Positions 13,818-26,159 of a DNA stretch of 64,000 nucleotides are shown in pieces. The stretch is from Octopus bimaculoides (Eukaryota), in assembly GCF_001194135.2 (NCBI RefSeq), contig NC_068997.1:55136415-55200414 (forward strand). Direction: 5' to 3'. A program made the translations under genes and the position numbers. The notes beneath the pieces were generated by a model that made no database searches, had not been told where the DNA came from, and saw only the letters and a program-made list of their open reading frames with translations. How positions within the stretch are numbered: the stretch's first letter is position 1; the number at the start of each line of letters is the position of its first letter.

Positions 13818-14331
13818 GCCAGTCTCTCTGTCTGTCTACCTTGCTAGCTACACACACACACACACGTGTGTGTGTGTGCACGCATAAACACAATGTACTA
13901 TTAAAAACTACTAAGTTCATCTTGGAAGATTGAAAACATCTTTGATGTATTCTTCTACATTATATTTCAATCATTTTGATCTCTTGTTATCATCAGATGC
14001 TTTATTCCTTCATGTATATGTAATTCCAGACTGGATTTGAACTAGGAACATTATATCTAAATAAACTTTCTTATCTACTTGGTTGAATCATGCATATGTA
14101 TAAATACACAAATTTTGCACCAACCATCTTCATGTTTTTTTTCCATGTTTTTCTTATTTTCTTACAGTCCAGCATCCTTGTTTTTAAACAGTGTATATAA
14201 CGCACAAACAGAGCCTGAAAGATTGCTTTCAAATGCATGGTGTATTTTGTAAATATGCCTGCTCAAGTCTCATAAAAGCATGAAACTATTAGTAGCGCTT
14301 TTGGTTGTGTGTATATATATGTGTGTAGAAG

Positions 14332-14425
14332 GTATTTTGGCAATTTAAATAAGAGTTTTGACTGTTATTTCCTGCAGGTAGATATACTTAGTATGTCCTT
14401 TGATTAATTTTAATCCTTCAGCTAT
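14332..14425. repeat. Half copy of the fold-back element at 37711-37887
   Basis: 14348-14425 is 74/78 identical to 37810-37887. 14332-14347 matches the reverse complement of that element's spacer. Confidence 0.85.
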
Positions 14426-14432
14426 ATATATG

Positions 14433-14479
<47 letters not shown>

Positions 14480-14554
14480 ACATATGCACATATGTGTGGA
14501 ACCATTAATCCCTTCACATTCCCCCCTCTCTCTCTCTCCATTTTTTCCTCTCAT

Positions 14555-14660
14555 CCCTTTCTGTCGAAGAGCATAGGGCTCAAAATATCAAACTAATACA
14601 CCTGCTTGTTGTTGCCTCACTCATCTCTGTCTTTTGTTTTCTGTATATTTGAACTCCATA
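14555..14660 (+). mobile_element. Penelope-like element pseudo-LTR fragment with degenerate hammerhead-like core
   Basis: CTGTCGA-A-GAGC-ATAGG-GCTC-AAAATATC (14561-14589) fits the PLE CTGANGA..stem..GAAACG layout with CpG-type transitions. The fragment ends near (TA)/(TG) repeats. Confidence 0.5.
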
Positions 14661-14671
14661 TCCATATATAC

Positions 14672-14712
<41 letters not shown>

Positions 14713-15043
14713 AGCGACAATCAACAACTATGACAACAGCTTCAGTTATATTGGTATTTTAGAGGGCAAAGTTTAGGCCATAAATTAAAAAAAGATGGGC
14801 CTCAAACATATTTGGAATGTAATTAGAACTATTTGCCTGAATAAACTGCTGGGACTGTTTGTAGGTGAGTCACAGTTAATGATGGGAATTACAATAGGTT
14901 GGAAAGTCTTTGGCAATCAGGGATTTTTCAACGAAAGGAAACAATAAAAAAAAAATGAAATAAAATAAACTATATTTCATTCCCTTCAGTCTAAAAATTC
15001 TTCAGTTTTACATTTCAACAAAAAGATTTAATTTCTATTATAG

Positions 15044-15288
15044 AGGTGCCGGTGTCAGCACTGCATAAAATGCACTTGTGCTGGTGCTGCATGAATACAC
15101 CTGTGCTGGTGGTATGTAAAGAGCACCCAGTACACTCTGTAAAGTGGTTGGCATTAGGAAGGGCATCCAACCAGAGAAACCATGCCACAACAGACAATTG
15201 GAGTCTGGATAGCTCTACAGCTGGTCAGCTCCAGTTAAACTGTCCAACCCATGCCAGCATGGAAAATGGACGTTAAATGATGATGATG
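15044..15288 (+). mobile_element. RTE-tail-type retroposon fragment (family C)
   Basis: GTTGGCATTAGGAAGGGCATCCAACC...AACCCATGCCAGCATGGAAAATGGACGTTAAATGATGATGATG; (ATG)n tail; many copies in the window. Confidence 0.7.
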
Positions 15289-16539
15289 TTGGATAATATC
15301 TTTTTGTTAACAATGGCATTGTGGTTTATAAGTGATGAATCACTGGTTTGTGCACTTTTTGGTGCAGTGAGGGACAGGGGGTGGGTCTTTGAAGCTCAGA
15401 AAGAATAAATACCACAAAGTTATTTGAAGACAAGAGGACACAGACACACACACACATACGTACACACATGCATGTGTGTGAAGCTGCATGCCCTAATAGT
15501 TAGTTGATATCATGGGATATATATATATGTGTGTATACACAATAGGCTTCTTTCAGTTTTTGTCAACGAAATCCATTCTTAAAGCTTTAGTTGGTTTGGG
15601 GCTGTTATTTGTCACTTTTAGTGATTATAAGGAGATTAATCTGCTATCTCTAGCATGTCAGTTAACCATATAGGGACTTCTTTCTCAGTTCAAGTATGTG
15701 TTTATGTTATATGTTAGTACTGTGGGTGGGGGATATCTAAGTTATAAACAAAACAGCCATGGATTCAGAAGTAAAGGTCCTCAGATCAAACCACTGTAAT
15801 AATTTTTTAAAAAATTGTTTCCTGATACAGGATGTAGGATAGAAAGGGCACACTATGTATGTGTGTGTGTGTGTGTGTGTGTGAAAGCGTGTGCATGTGT
15901 ACAGATGTGTTGGGCGGGATGTTGAGAGGAGGAAAAGAGAAAATGTTTAAGGGAAAAAAACTTTCTGTTTGTAGCTGAATAAATGTAAAAGTAAGATGAA
16001 ACCAGGAGGACACATGCTGAGATAATGACTGGTATATTTAGAGTGACACCTAATATTACTAATTTACATATCATCTCTGGAATAGTAGAGAATGCCATAA
16101 AAGAAAGTCAAAAGAATGGTAAGTGTGGAGACGGTGCTTATAAAAACATTTATAGTTTTGTCACTAAAACATTTAGCAGCAGGGACTAAATATTCGTTAT
16201 TTTATTTTTCATTTACAAAGTTTACTTCCAACTGAGTTTTATTTATGTTTCTCTATATGTATATATATGTGGGGGGGGGGTTGTTTCTTTTTTTTTTTAT
16301 TCTACATGAGAACTGCCAAAAAGAACCATGTCTTAGTTTACATTTGAGAGCAGCTTATAATACAGGCCACAAGCATTAACACATTACAACAGAAAACACC
16401 ACACTCTAAAACATTTGATCAGCTTTTGGGGTCCTTTTTTGTTTCATTTTATGTGTTTAATCTTTTTTTTTTTAATGTACATTTATTTATGTATGTAATT
16501 ATGTTTTTATGAATGTGTGATGTGTGTGTGTCCCTCTCT

Positions 16540-16750
16540 TTGTCTTGACATCACATGGTTGTGGTAAATGAATGTCATTCATTCCTAATGTTCTGGAAAA
16601 ACTTGTCTGGTCAAGAAAAATTATTAACTTGCTTGGAAAGAGGTAAGAGTTGGCGATTGGAAAGGCATCCAGCCATAGAACATCTGCCTCAATAAACTAC
16701 GTCTAACCCATGCATGTATGGAAAAGGGGACACATTAAAATGATTATGAT
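16540..16750 (+). mobile_element. RTE-tail-type retroposon fragment (family C)
   Basis: GAGTTGGCGATTGGAAAGGCATCCAGCC...AACCCATGCATGTATGGAAAAG...ATGATG. Confidence 0.65.
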
Positions 16751-16793
16751 GGTGGTGGTGGTGGTGGTGGTGGTGGTGGTGGTATATAGATCC

Positions 16794-17095
16794 AGGTATG
16801 GTTGTATGGTTAAGAAGTTTGCTTCACAATTATGTAGTTTCAGGTTCAAACTTATTGTGTGTCACCTTTGGTAAATGCCTTCTACTATATAACCTTAGGC
16901 CCGCCAATATCTAAGGAGTGAACTTGGGAGACAGATATAATTTGGATGCCTGTGCGTGCGTGCATGTGTACATATGTGTGTGTGTGTGCATATGTCTCTG
17001 TGTTTGTAACTTTACAGTCAGTGTTGGTGTGTCTATGTCCCTGTAACTTAGCAGTACAGCAAAAAGAGACTGATAGAATAAAAACTGGGATTTAA
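16794..17095 (+). mobile_element. SINE family A, degenerate head plus tail
   Basis: GGTTGTATGGTTAAGAAGTTTGCTTC...GGTTCAAAC...GTAACTTAGCAGTACAGCAAAAAGAGACTGATAGAATAA. Confidence 0.65.
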
Positions 17096-19346
17096 GAGAA
17101 GTGATTCCAGCTGCAAATATGAATCCTTCCAGAAACTCTGAGACTGTTAAAAGGAAGAGAACATAATCCCAGACTGGAGCAATACTTGAAACAGACTGAT
17201 TCCACTAAAAGCAGTCATTGACCAGGTAATAGTATGGAACGCAGTAACAGATGAAACCTACCAAGCTAAATTAAGAATTGTTCCTTCAACGGCCTTCCAT
17301 ATAGTTTCTGTCAACCAAATTTTCCTTACATTTTTGGTTGATTTACTGTTTTAGTAAGAAATTCTAGACTAAGCTTCTACACGGCAGGTCTCGAACCCAA
17401 TTCTACACAATGAAGAAATGAACTTCTAGACCACATGCCCATGTCTATAAAGAATACTCATTTCCTTGATAGAATGGGTGGAGGAATGGACATCCCATAA
17501 AGTTGTGTGTTCGAATCACACAAGGTTCAACTTTGCCTGACATTGATCAAATATCTGTCAGTGAAATATCACAATATAGGCAATAAAATTAATTATATCC
17601 TCCTTGTAAAATTTAATTTTTGTGCTTATGTTAGATATAAATAAATGGTTTAGTTATTCTTCTCAGAATGTTAGGCCATGGAATTCTCTCTCTCTCTCTC
17701 GTAGTTAATAGCAGAATTTTAATGTCAACAATCTCACTGGTCTTGGAGAGTCTCTGAAAGCCATGGGCTGAGTCCTTTCCTCCAGCCCAAACAAGAAAAA
17801 GAAATATTCTAGGATTATCTCCACTGCAACCTCAAACCAAACATGGAATATCCAAAATCTCCAGGGTTTAGAATGCCAATAACTATTACGAATATACTTG
17901 GAGGAAAGAATTTTAATGTCTAAAAAGATAAGAGGCATTTAGAAATAGTTATCATTTTCCCATCTTCGTTGTCTTCATCTGTACAGTTGCTGTTATTTTA
18001 TGCATTTATTATAAACATTAAAGCTATTTTCTTATTGTCAATGCATTACCCTCTAATATTTGTAATTGCTGTTGTTGTTGTTGTCATCGTTGTCAGTAGA
18101 ATCATCGATATTCTTCAAAGTAGCACAAAATCATTCATTTCTTTCTTTTTTTTTTATTCTCTTCTCTGTGACAGCAAAGTCAGGACAGAATACTTAATAG
18201 ATGAATAAATCATGGAATATTGAAGACAGCCAAGCAGCAGAAAAACAGAACCAAACCAATTCTATCTGGATTTCTGTATTTCATATCATTAATGTTCTTC
18301 TACAAACCTACCACTTCTTTATATATCAATCTTCTTTTCCCTCCCCTCTCCACCACAGATCACTGCCCCCCACCATTTTATAGACCCCCCTCCTCATCCC
18401 CACTCCCTTCCATAGACTCTTCAACATATTAGACTCTGTAGTAGACACACATGTCTTGTGGAGGTAACCAAAGTATTTTATGAATGTTTAGTGTTAGGTA
18501 TTCACAGCTTATTTCTTCTGCTGATATTCTTTAACAAGGACATTACTACTCAGATGGAAGCTTGTTGCTTTCCTCCTCTGCCTCTCCCTCTCCCCCCCTC
18601 TCGCCTCCAACAAAGAAGCCACTCTCCCACCACACACTACTTTTACCATATGTGTACACCTTTAAGACATTCACCCTGCCACAATCTCACTAACTCTTTC
18701 TGTCTCTTGCATTTATTCACACACAGTTACACACGCTTTCTCTTTCTCTCACTTACTAGTATTACTCTCTCTCCCTCTTTACCCCTCTCTTTCTCTCTCT
18801 TTACTCACTCACTTTCTATGTCTCTTTTTTTTGTTATTTCAACATTTGTTATTTTTAGTTTTCATTATTTTCTTAATTAAAAAATAAAAGAACTTCCCCC
18901 CCACACCCTATGCTTGTCTACTTTTCTTTCTTCCTCTAATCATCATTGTCTTCCTCTCATTCTCTTCTCTCTTTCCCTACCCACACCCACACCCTTCTCT
19001 CACAATCTGCTCTTTTATCCACTTTCTTATTTGTTTTTCCTTTCACACACAGTTTCCCTGATTTCTTTCATTTCCACCCCAGACATTACATTCCATATCT
19101 TCTCCCCGCCCACCCTCTCTCCCTCCTCTTTTTTTTCCAGCCACCCATTTTCCATTCTTATAGATTTCCTTCACACTCCTCTCATTCTAATGTAGGACTG
19201 CCACCCTCTTAACAGCATTATAGACACCCTCTTAACAGAAAAGTAACAGGCAGGGGTGCCCCCCCCCCGATACTATATTCATTTATGGATTGTAAGCAGT
19301 CAATAGACTGGGTCTTCCAGACAGCTACCCAGAGAGGCTATATCTG

Positions 19347-19512
19347 CCCTGACAGCTAGAGTGTGTGCTGGCCCAGGGCAGCTCTTCCATTTGCTGCCCC
19401 TGGATGCTGCAAAAAACACACATTGCCTACAGCAGACCCAACAGTGGTGCCCCTTTAAAAGTGCTGCCTGGAGCGGACTGCCCCTGCCCTCCCTCCCCCT
19501 AGGTACCTCCAC
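19347..19512. mobile_element. GC-rich hAT-like MITE, degenerate copy of 45924-46097
   Basis: Shares GGCCCA.GGC.GC.CTTCCATTTG...TGCCTACAG.AGACCCAA...CCCCTTTAAAAGTG with the 45924 element. Confidence 0.65.
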
Positions 19513-20325
19513 ATTCAAAGTTCAAGACCTGCCAATGTTGATTTCGTCATTACAGATCAATTAATTTAATACCACTCAAATCCTTCAGTTGATATAATGA
19601 TTCACCCACCTTGCTGTGAAGTCTGTCACATACTTCGGACATTTTAGATACATCAATATTTACTCAACACTATCTCTACTCAATAAACTTAGTAAATAAA
19701 GTTGTGTCTAACCCTCCCGCCCCATCCTTATTTATCTACCCACCAACTACATCCCTAGATCATACCTTCCTTCCTCTTACTTCCACTCACCCCTCCTCAC
19801 TTCCTATCTACTATATTTTTGTCTCAGCAACTAGTTCACTCCACCACCACCACCACCAACTCCCTCCCCTCTCTCCCAGCCCTCTTCCATTGTTCCCTCA
19901 ATATCCTTTCGCTATTCATTCATTATTTCAATTCTTGCTGTTGTTATTAAATCCAATCTTTCAATTCTTATTTCATGTTCTTTTATATCAATGACATTTA
20001 TGAACACGGACATGCACGGGCGCACGCACACACACACACGCACACACACACACACACACATAAATACATGTGTGTAGGTACATAAAACTACACCACATGC
20101 TTTATAAACATCTGCCCATATGTGTGTGTGCATACACACACATATCAGTGTAATTATATGAATCCCCCCATCCTGCTTCTCTCATATACACATACATAAT
20201 ATGTGTGTGTGTAAAAGATGGTAGATTTCTTCATTTTTCCAGTCTTAAATCATATATTTGTAGATGTTTAATGTTAAGAACTTTATACGAGATTCTATAA
20301 AAAAAATCTTTAAATGTTTTTGCAT

Positions 20326-20366
<41 letters not shown>

Positions 20367-20418
20367 GTGTATAAGGTTACAGTTTTTAAGCATAAGAGAA
20401 TATATTCTTTATGCACTT

Positions 20419-20455
<37 letters not shown>

Positions 20456-21346
20456 GGGGAGAGAGAGAGGGGGAGAGAGAGAGATATGTGTGTGTGTGTG
20501 TGTGTGTATGTATGCAATTTGAAGGGATAATTANNNNNNNNNNNNNNNNNNNNNNNNNNNNNNNNNNNNNNNNNNNNNNNNNNNNNNNNNNNNNNNNNNN
20601 NNNNNNNNNNNNNNNNNNNNNNNNNNNNNNNNNNNNNNNNNNNNNNNNNNNNNNNNNNNNNNNNNNNNNNNNNNNNNNNNNNNNNNNNNNNNNNNNNNNN
20701 NNNNNNNNNNNNNNNNNNNNNNNNNNNNNNNNNNNNNNNNNNNNNNNNNNNNNNNNNNNNNNNATATATATGTATATATGTACTAGAGTGTTACCTGTCA
20801 TATGATGGATAACTTTGGAAGTATACTTTAGACATTTGGCAACTATCAGAAAAAATGGCTTACACACAATAATTGAACTTTCATTTTTATCAAAGTTCTT
20901 GGTGCTTTAAAATGATGAAACGCTCACTAATTCTCAAAAGGAAACCATTTATTACCTTAAAATAAAATTATATGAAACAAGTTTCTCATTTGTATATTTC
21001 CAATATGTTATTAGTTTTCTAAATTTTATCAGCATAACCACAATCTACTCCATCGGAAACGTATCTCTACAAAATTTCATTAAAAAATGTGTTTTTTTTT
21101 TTTTCATAAATTCATATGGCACTCATACTGCAACTCTTATGTTGACTCTCTCTTTTATCTCTCTTTTAGTTTCTCTCTCCCTCTCTCTCTCTCTCCAACT
21201 CTCTCCAATTGATGTTAAAACTTAACTGGAATTATCAACCAACCAATATATCAGCTAATATTATATAGAAGTATTAACTTGCTACTGCTACTACTACTAC
21301 AACTATTAATACTACTGCTACTACTACTACTACTGCTACTACTAAT

Positions 21347-21560
21347 GTGGTGAGCTGGCTGAATCATTAGCACATCAGACAAAATGCATTGTGGCATTTC
21401 TTCCAGTTTCAAATCCTGAATTCAAATTCCATTGAGGTCAACTTTGCCTTTCATCCTTTTTGGAGTCAATAAATTAAGTACCAGTGGAACACTGGGGTCA
21501 ATGTAATTGACTATCCCCCTTCCCCCAAATTTCGGGCCTTGTGCCTGTAGTAGAAAGGGT
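21347..21560 (+). mobile_element. SINE family B, near full length
   Basis: GAGCTGGCTGAATCATTAGCA...GAATTCAAATTCC..GAGGTCAACTTTGCCTTTCATCCTTTT.GGAGTCAATAAATTAAGTACCAG...GGGCCTTGTGCCTGTAGTAGAAAGG. Confidence 0.8.
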
Positions 21561-21582
21561 TATCATCATCATCATCATCATC

Positions 21583-21800
21583 AAGGCAGCAAGCTAGCAG
21601 AATCATTAGAATGCTGGGCAAAATGCTTAGTGACATTTCGTCTGTCTTTATGTTCTGAGTTCAAATTCCGCTGAGGTCGATTTTGCCTTTCATCCTTTTG
21701 GTGGAGTCAATAAAATAAGTACTAGTGAAACACTAGGGTTGATATAATCAACATATCCCCTCCGTCAGAATTGCTGGCCTTGTGCCAAAATTTGAAACCA
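21583..21800 (+). mobile_element. SINE family B, second copy in tandem
   Basis: Same structure as 21347-21560, separated by (ATC)n. Confidence 0.8.
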
Positions 21801-21929
21801 TTATAATTTTCATTATTTTATTGTCTTTGCACAGCTTCTAACACTGGAGATGTACTACCAGTAATGAACTTAAGGTAACACCCCTTATTTTTCGAGCACC
21901 ACCCAGAATATTCAAGCGGTCCCAAGCTG
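21801..21929 (-). mobile_element. 5'-truncated R4/Dong-clade (RLE) LINE 3' end
   Basis: Minus strand 21925-21885 reads LG-A*IFWVVLEK* (cf. C-terminal LGTARILRKVL). It is followed by a short 3' UTR and an (AAT)-rich tail, and flanked by (ATT)n at 21930-21970. Confidence 0.55.
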
Positions 21930-22390
21930 ATTATTATTATTATTATTATTATCATTATTATTATTATTATTTCCCTTTTTCTATTAAAGCCATTAAATGC
22001 AATTTTGGTTTAGTGTCCCATTTCAAGCCTTAAGATTGTTTATATTAAAACTTAGTGATTTAAGCCATCAATGGAAATCTTCAAGATGATTTTCCCTGCG
22101 CATCAATTGATCGCTACTTATAAATAGTCAAAAGGTTATCAATAATTGATTCCTACAGATATTGTACTCTCACAACAAAATTTCAATATATTTATTTATA
22201 ATGTAATACAGGCTGAACTCTGCTTTCTTGACTTCATGGAAACATTGATCAAACTTAAAATGTGTATTTATAAATTTTTACAACTCTCCGAAATCTGCTC
22301 TGTTATGAAAGTTTTAAATGGAGGGACATTACCATTTGTTGATAACACTCTCACATACACTTTGCATGTTTCTGGCTTGTTCGTTTGTTT

Positions 22391-22789
22391 TTTTATCTTT
22401 CTTACTTGTCTCAGTCATTAGACTGTGGCCATGCTGGAGCACTGCCGTGAAGGATTTTTAGTCAAATGCATCAACCCCAGGATTTTAAGTTTTCAAGCCC
22501 AGTAAATATTCTATTGGTCTTTTTTTTACTGAATCGATAAGTCAAGGTGACACAAACACACCAACACCAGTTGTCAAGTGGTGGTAGAAGACAAACACAG
22601 ATACACAGACACGCACACAACACACACACACAAATATGCCTGACTTTTTTCAGTTTCCATCTACCAAATCCACTCACAAGGCTTTGGTTTGCCCACAGCT
22701 GTAGTAGAAGACACTTGGCCAAGGTGCTATGCAGTGGGACTGAACCTAAAACCATGTGGTAAGGAAGCAAGCTTCTTACCACACAGTCC
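22391..22789 (-). mobile_element. SINE family A, full head plus tail
   Basis: Minus strand: GACTGTGTGGTAAGAAGCTTGCTTCC...GGTTCAGTCCCACTGC...GTGAGTGGATTTGGTAGATGGAAACTG...CCAGCATGGCCACAGTCTAATGACTGAGACAAGTAAG. Confidence 0.85.
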
Positions 22790-22990
22790 ACCAACACCAC
22801 AAGAACTCATTATATCATTAAATAAGTATGTTAATAGCCAACTGGTTGTTTTCTCTTCCATAAACAATCTTTTGTCTATTCTGACTATCAAGCTACAGAG
22901 TAAACTGGTTAATTTAAATTTTAAATTAATTTTAAATTAATTCAACTGGACTCTACTCGTTGAACACTGAAACAAGCATTAGCAATAGTT

Positions 22991-23048
22991 AGTATTGAGA
23001 GAGGGTGGGAGGAGACTTATTAGTCTCCTCCCACCCTCTCTCAATACT
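22991..23048. repeat. Perfect inverted repeat, 27-bp arms with 4-nt loop
   Basis: AGTATTGAGAGAGGGTGGGAGGAGACT-TATT-AGTCTCCTCCCACCCTCTCTCAATACT; arms 22991-23017 and 23022-23048 are exactly complementary. Confidence 0.95.
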
Positions 23049-23400
23049 CCTCCTTTTTATCTCACAGTGTCTTTGTACTTAAAGTCTCTCCCCTGTCTCT
23101 TCTGCCATTCTTCCTCCCCCACCTCCACCTGAAGTGTCTCATTTACTCCCCTTCTCCAAACCTTCCACCACCCCCATCAAAGCTTAATTCTTTCTTTCTT
23201 CTTTCCTTTCTTTAATAATTTCAAATAATTAAATGAAACATATTTATTGCTGTGTCTCCATAGAACCACCTTCAAGTGCAATGAATGGAACAAACCACAA
23301 TATATTATAAGATATTCTTTCAAATAAATATCTATTTCCTGGAACTAAGGAGAACTTAATCATTGAAATGCACAACCATCATCATCATCACCACCAACAC

Positions 23401-23543
23401 CATCATCATGTAATGCCCAACTTCCATGCTGGCATGGGTTGGACGGTTTGACAGGATCTGAAGGGTCCAAGAGCTGTATTGTGCTCCAGTTGTCTGCTTT
23501 GGCATAGTTTCTATGGGTGGATACCCTTCCTAATGCCAACCAT
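23401..23543 (-). mobile_element. RTE-tail-type retroposon fragment (family C)
   Basis: CATCATCATG...TTCCATGCTGGCATGGGTTGGAC...ATACCCTTCCTAATGCCAACC. Confidence 0.7.
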
Positions 23544-23599
23544 TACATAGAGTCTACTCTGTGTGCGTGTGTGATAGATAGATAGATAGATAGATATGT

Positions 23600-23759
23600 A
23601 CAATGGGCTTCTTTCAGTTTCTGTCTACCAAATTTACTCACAAGGCTTTGGTTGGCTCAAGGCTACAGTAGAAGACACTTGCCCAAGATGTCACACAGTG
23701 AGACTGAACCTGGAACCATGTAGTTGGGTAGCACACTTCTTACCACACAGCCACTCCTG
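23600..23759 (-). mobile_element. SINE family A head
   Basis: Minus strand: GGAGTGGCTGTGTGGTAAGAAG...GGTTCAGTCTCACTG...GGGCAAGTGTCTTCTAC. Confidence 0.8.
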
Positions 23760-25060
23760 TGCCTATATATATATATATATNNNNNNNNNNNNNNNNNNNN
23801 NNNNNNNNNNNNNNNNNNNNNNNNNNNNNNNNNNNNNNNNNNNNNNNNNNNNNNNNNNNNNNNNNNNNNNNNNNNNNNNNNNNNNNNNNNNNNNNNNNNN
23901 NNNNNNNNNNNNNNNNNNNNNNNNNNNNNNNNNNNNNNNNNNNNNNNNNNNNNNNNNNNNNNNNNNNNNNNNNNNNNNNNNNNNNNNNNNNNNNNNNNNN
24001 NNNNNNNNNNNNNNNNNNNNNNNNNNNNNNNNNNNNNNNNNNNNNNNNNNNNNNNNNNNNNNNNNNNNNNNNNNNNNNNNNNNNNNNNNNNNNNNNNNNN
24101 NNNNNNNNNNNNNNNNNNNNNNNNNNNNNNNATATATATGTATGTGTGTGTGTGTGTGTGTGTTTGATATATATATATATATATATATGTATACATATCA
24201 TGAGCACACTATTTATTTGATAATTAGCACACATACACTATGCTGCCATTCTTCTTCTACCGATATTGTTCTCTATTTCAATTGTCCCTGACCATTATTG
24301 TCCACTTTCATCTCACCTTTACAGTTCAAAGTCAAATCACAATCCCAAATTACTTTCAGTTTCTTTAATATTTTCTTCTTTTTCTTTCTTTTTCCTAGTT
24401 TACTTTTTCTAACATCTGTCACATATGTAAATGTTGATGGTTTCATACATTAAAATTTTATCTGAAAGTGAAAGAAATTCTCTAATATATTTTTATGAAG
24501 ACGAATCACTACCTTTTACTGAAAAACCTTCTTCATTGAATAACTATCTACAAATTCTATTCTTCCGTCCACATTTTTACATCTATGTGGTCATTCAACA
24601 TGCTAGAAATAGCAGCCCAGATTTACCTCCCCCTTTCTCTCTCTTTCACATACACACAAAGATTCTTAATGCCATTTCTGTTGATCAGTTTCTCTCACAA
24701 GGCACCGACCCCTTTAAGGCTGTAGTAGAAGACACAAGAGCAAGGTGCTGTGCAACAGGACTGAACTAGAGACCACACAAACCATGCACCTATACTTCTA
24801 TGCATAGGCTTTGATACTCTGCAAAATTCCTCAGTTTTCAAATACTCAATTATCTTTTTTAAAATAGATAAAAATCTTCAACTTAATCATTATAAATATT
24901 AATTACAATAATGTATTTTCAACAGTTAATTAATGGTAAATTACATCACCATCCAATGGTTTATTTATTACAAGAATCAGTTCCAAGATAATGGCTGTTG
25001 CTGTTGTTATTGTTATGGCTGGAAGACAATCAAATACTTTCCCTGTCCCTCCATAAACAG

Positions 25061-25134
25061 TTCTACGACTCTCTGGAAACACATGCACCCAGCAGCTGCT
25101 GCTCTTACTCAACCATTAACTGCAATCATGAAAG
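25061..25134 (+). CDS. Weak candidate internal exon (74 nt); host gene unknown
   Basis: Pyrimidine tract CTTTCCCTGTCCCTCCATAAACAG| acceptor and GAAAG|GTGTGG donor. Two frames are open: FYDSLETHAPSSCCSYSTINCNHE (PxSCC motif) and STTLWKHMHPAAAALTQPLTAIMK. No homology confirmed. Confidence 0.2.
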
Positions 25135-26159
25135 GTGTGGTACCATGCAGTTCACTTCAAGCGCTGCATACCGACAAGGCTCTGTTCTTGCTTTTTATTT
25201 CTTTTTTAGATTTGCTTTTATTACCCTTGAGGGGGTGGGGATGGCCCTACCTTAAAATAGTTTTATATAGGAAGCAAGGCAAATGAAATATTGTGTTTTA
25301 AGTTGGTGGTGATAGGGGTACTATTTACATGGCAACAAACACACTTTCATATTCATTGACAGACATATACACCTGTGCATGTGTGTTTATGTATTATTGT
25401 GTATATTTGTATTTATGTACATGTATATATATTTGTCTATATAGGTATAGATATATGTATGCACAGAGGATTTAAAAGCACACTAGCAAAAAAAAAGAAC
25501 CATAATCATTATAAGTTTCATATCTGACCATGCGAGCTCTGTGTCTAACATAATGTATGTAAAATAAATATAGCCATCTTCAATTTATACATTTAGACAA
25601 ACTACACAAAGCATTTTATCAAAAGCAAAACCACAAAACAGACATGGCAGATTGAATGGTAGTTATGAGTTATATGTATCTGTTGGCTTCTAAGTGAAAT
25701 AGATTTAAAGCACATGGTAAATAATTACTAACTATAGGTGGGGGAGAGGAACAGAGAATGGGAGAGAGTGAGAGAGAGAGAGTGGGAGAAGTGTGACAGG
25801 GAAATGAAAGATTCATGTATTAACACCATTCTGCCTTCAATATTAAGGAAGAAATAGTTGAAGACAACATTTGTGTTGAGCATACTCTTGAATCTGTTCT
25901 GCTTAATTATATTTGTTTTATTAAGATTGACAAATGATGTCAAAAGGGATCTATAAATATATTCCTAAAAGCATACTCTATATACTTTGGAGAAAATGTA
26001 TATTTTTGGTAAACATTTTCATATGGAAGTTTTTATTTTGATTTCTTTTTTCTATTTTTTTTTTTATACACTTACCTACATTTCTAGAAAGAACTTTGAC
26101 TTTACATAAGAAGCAATAATGGAAAAGCAAACCTAGGTTTCACACTCACCTACTTTCTT

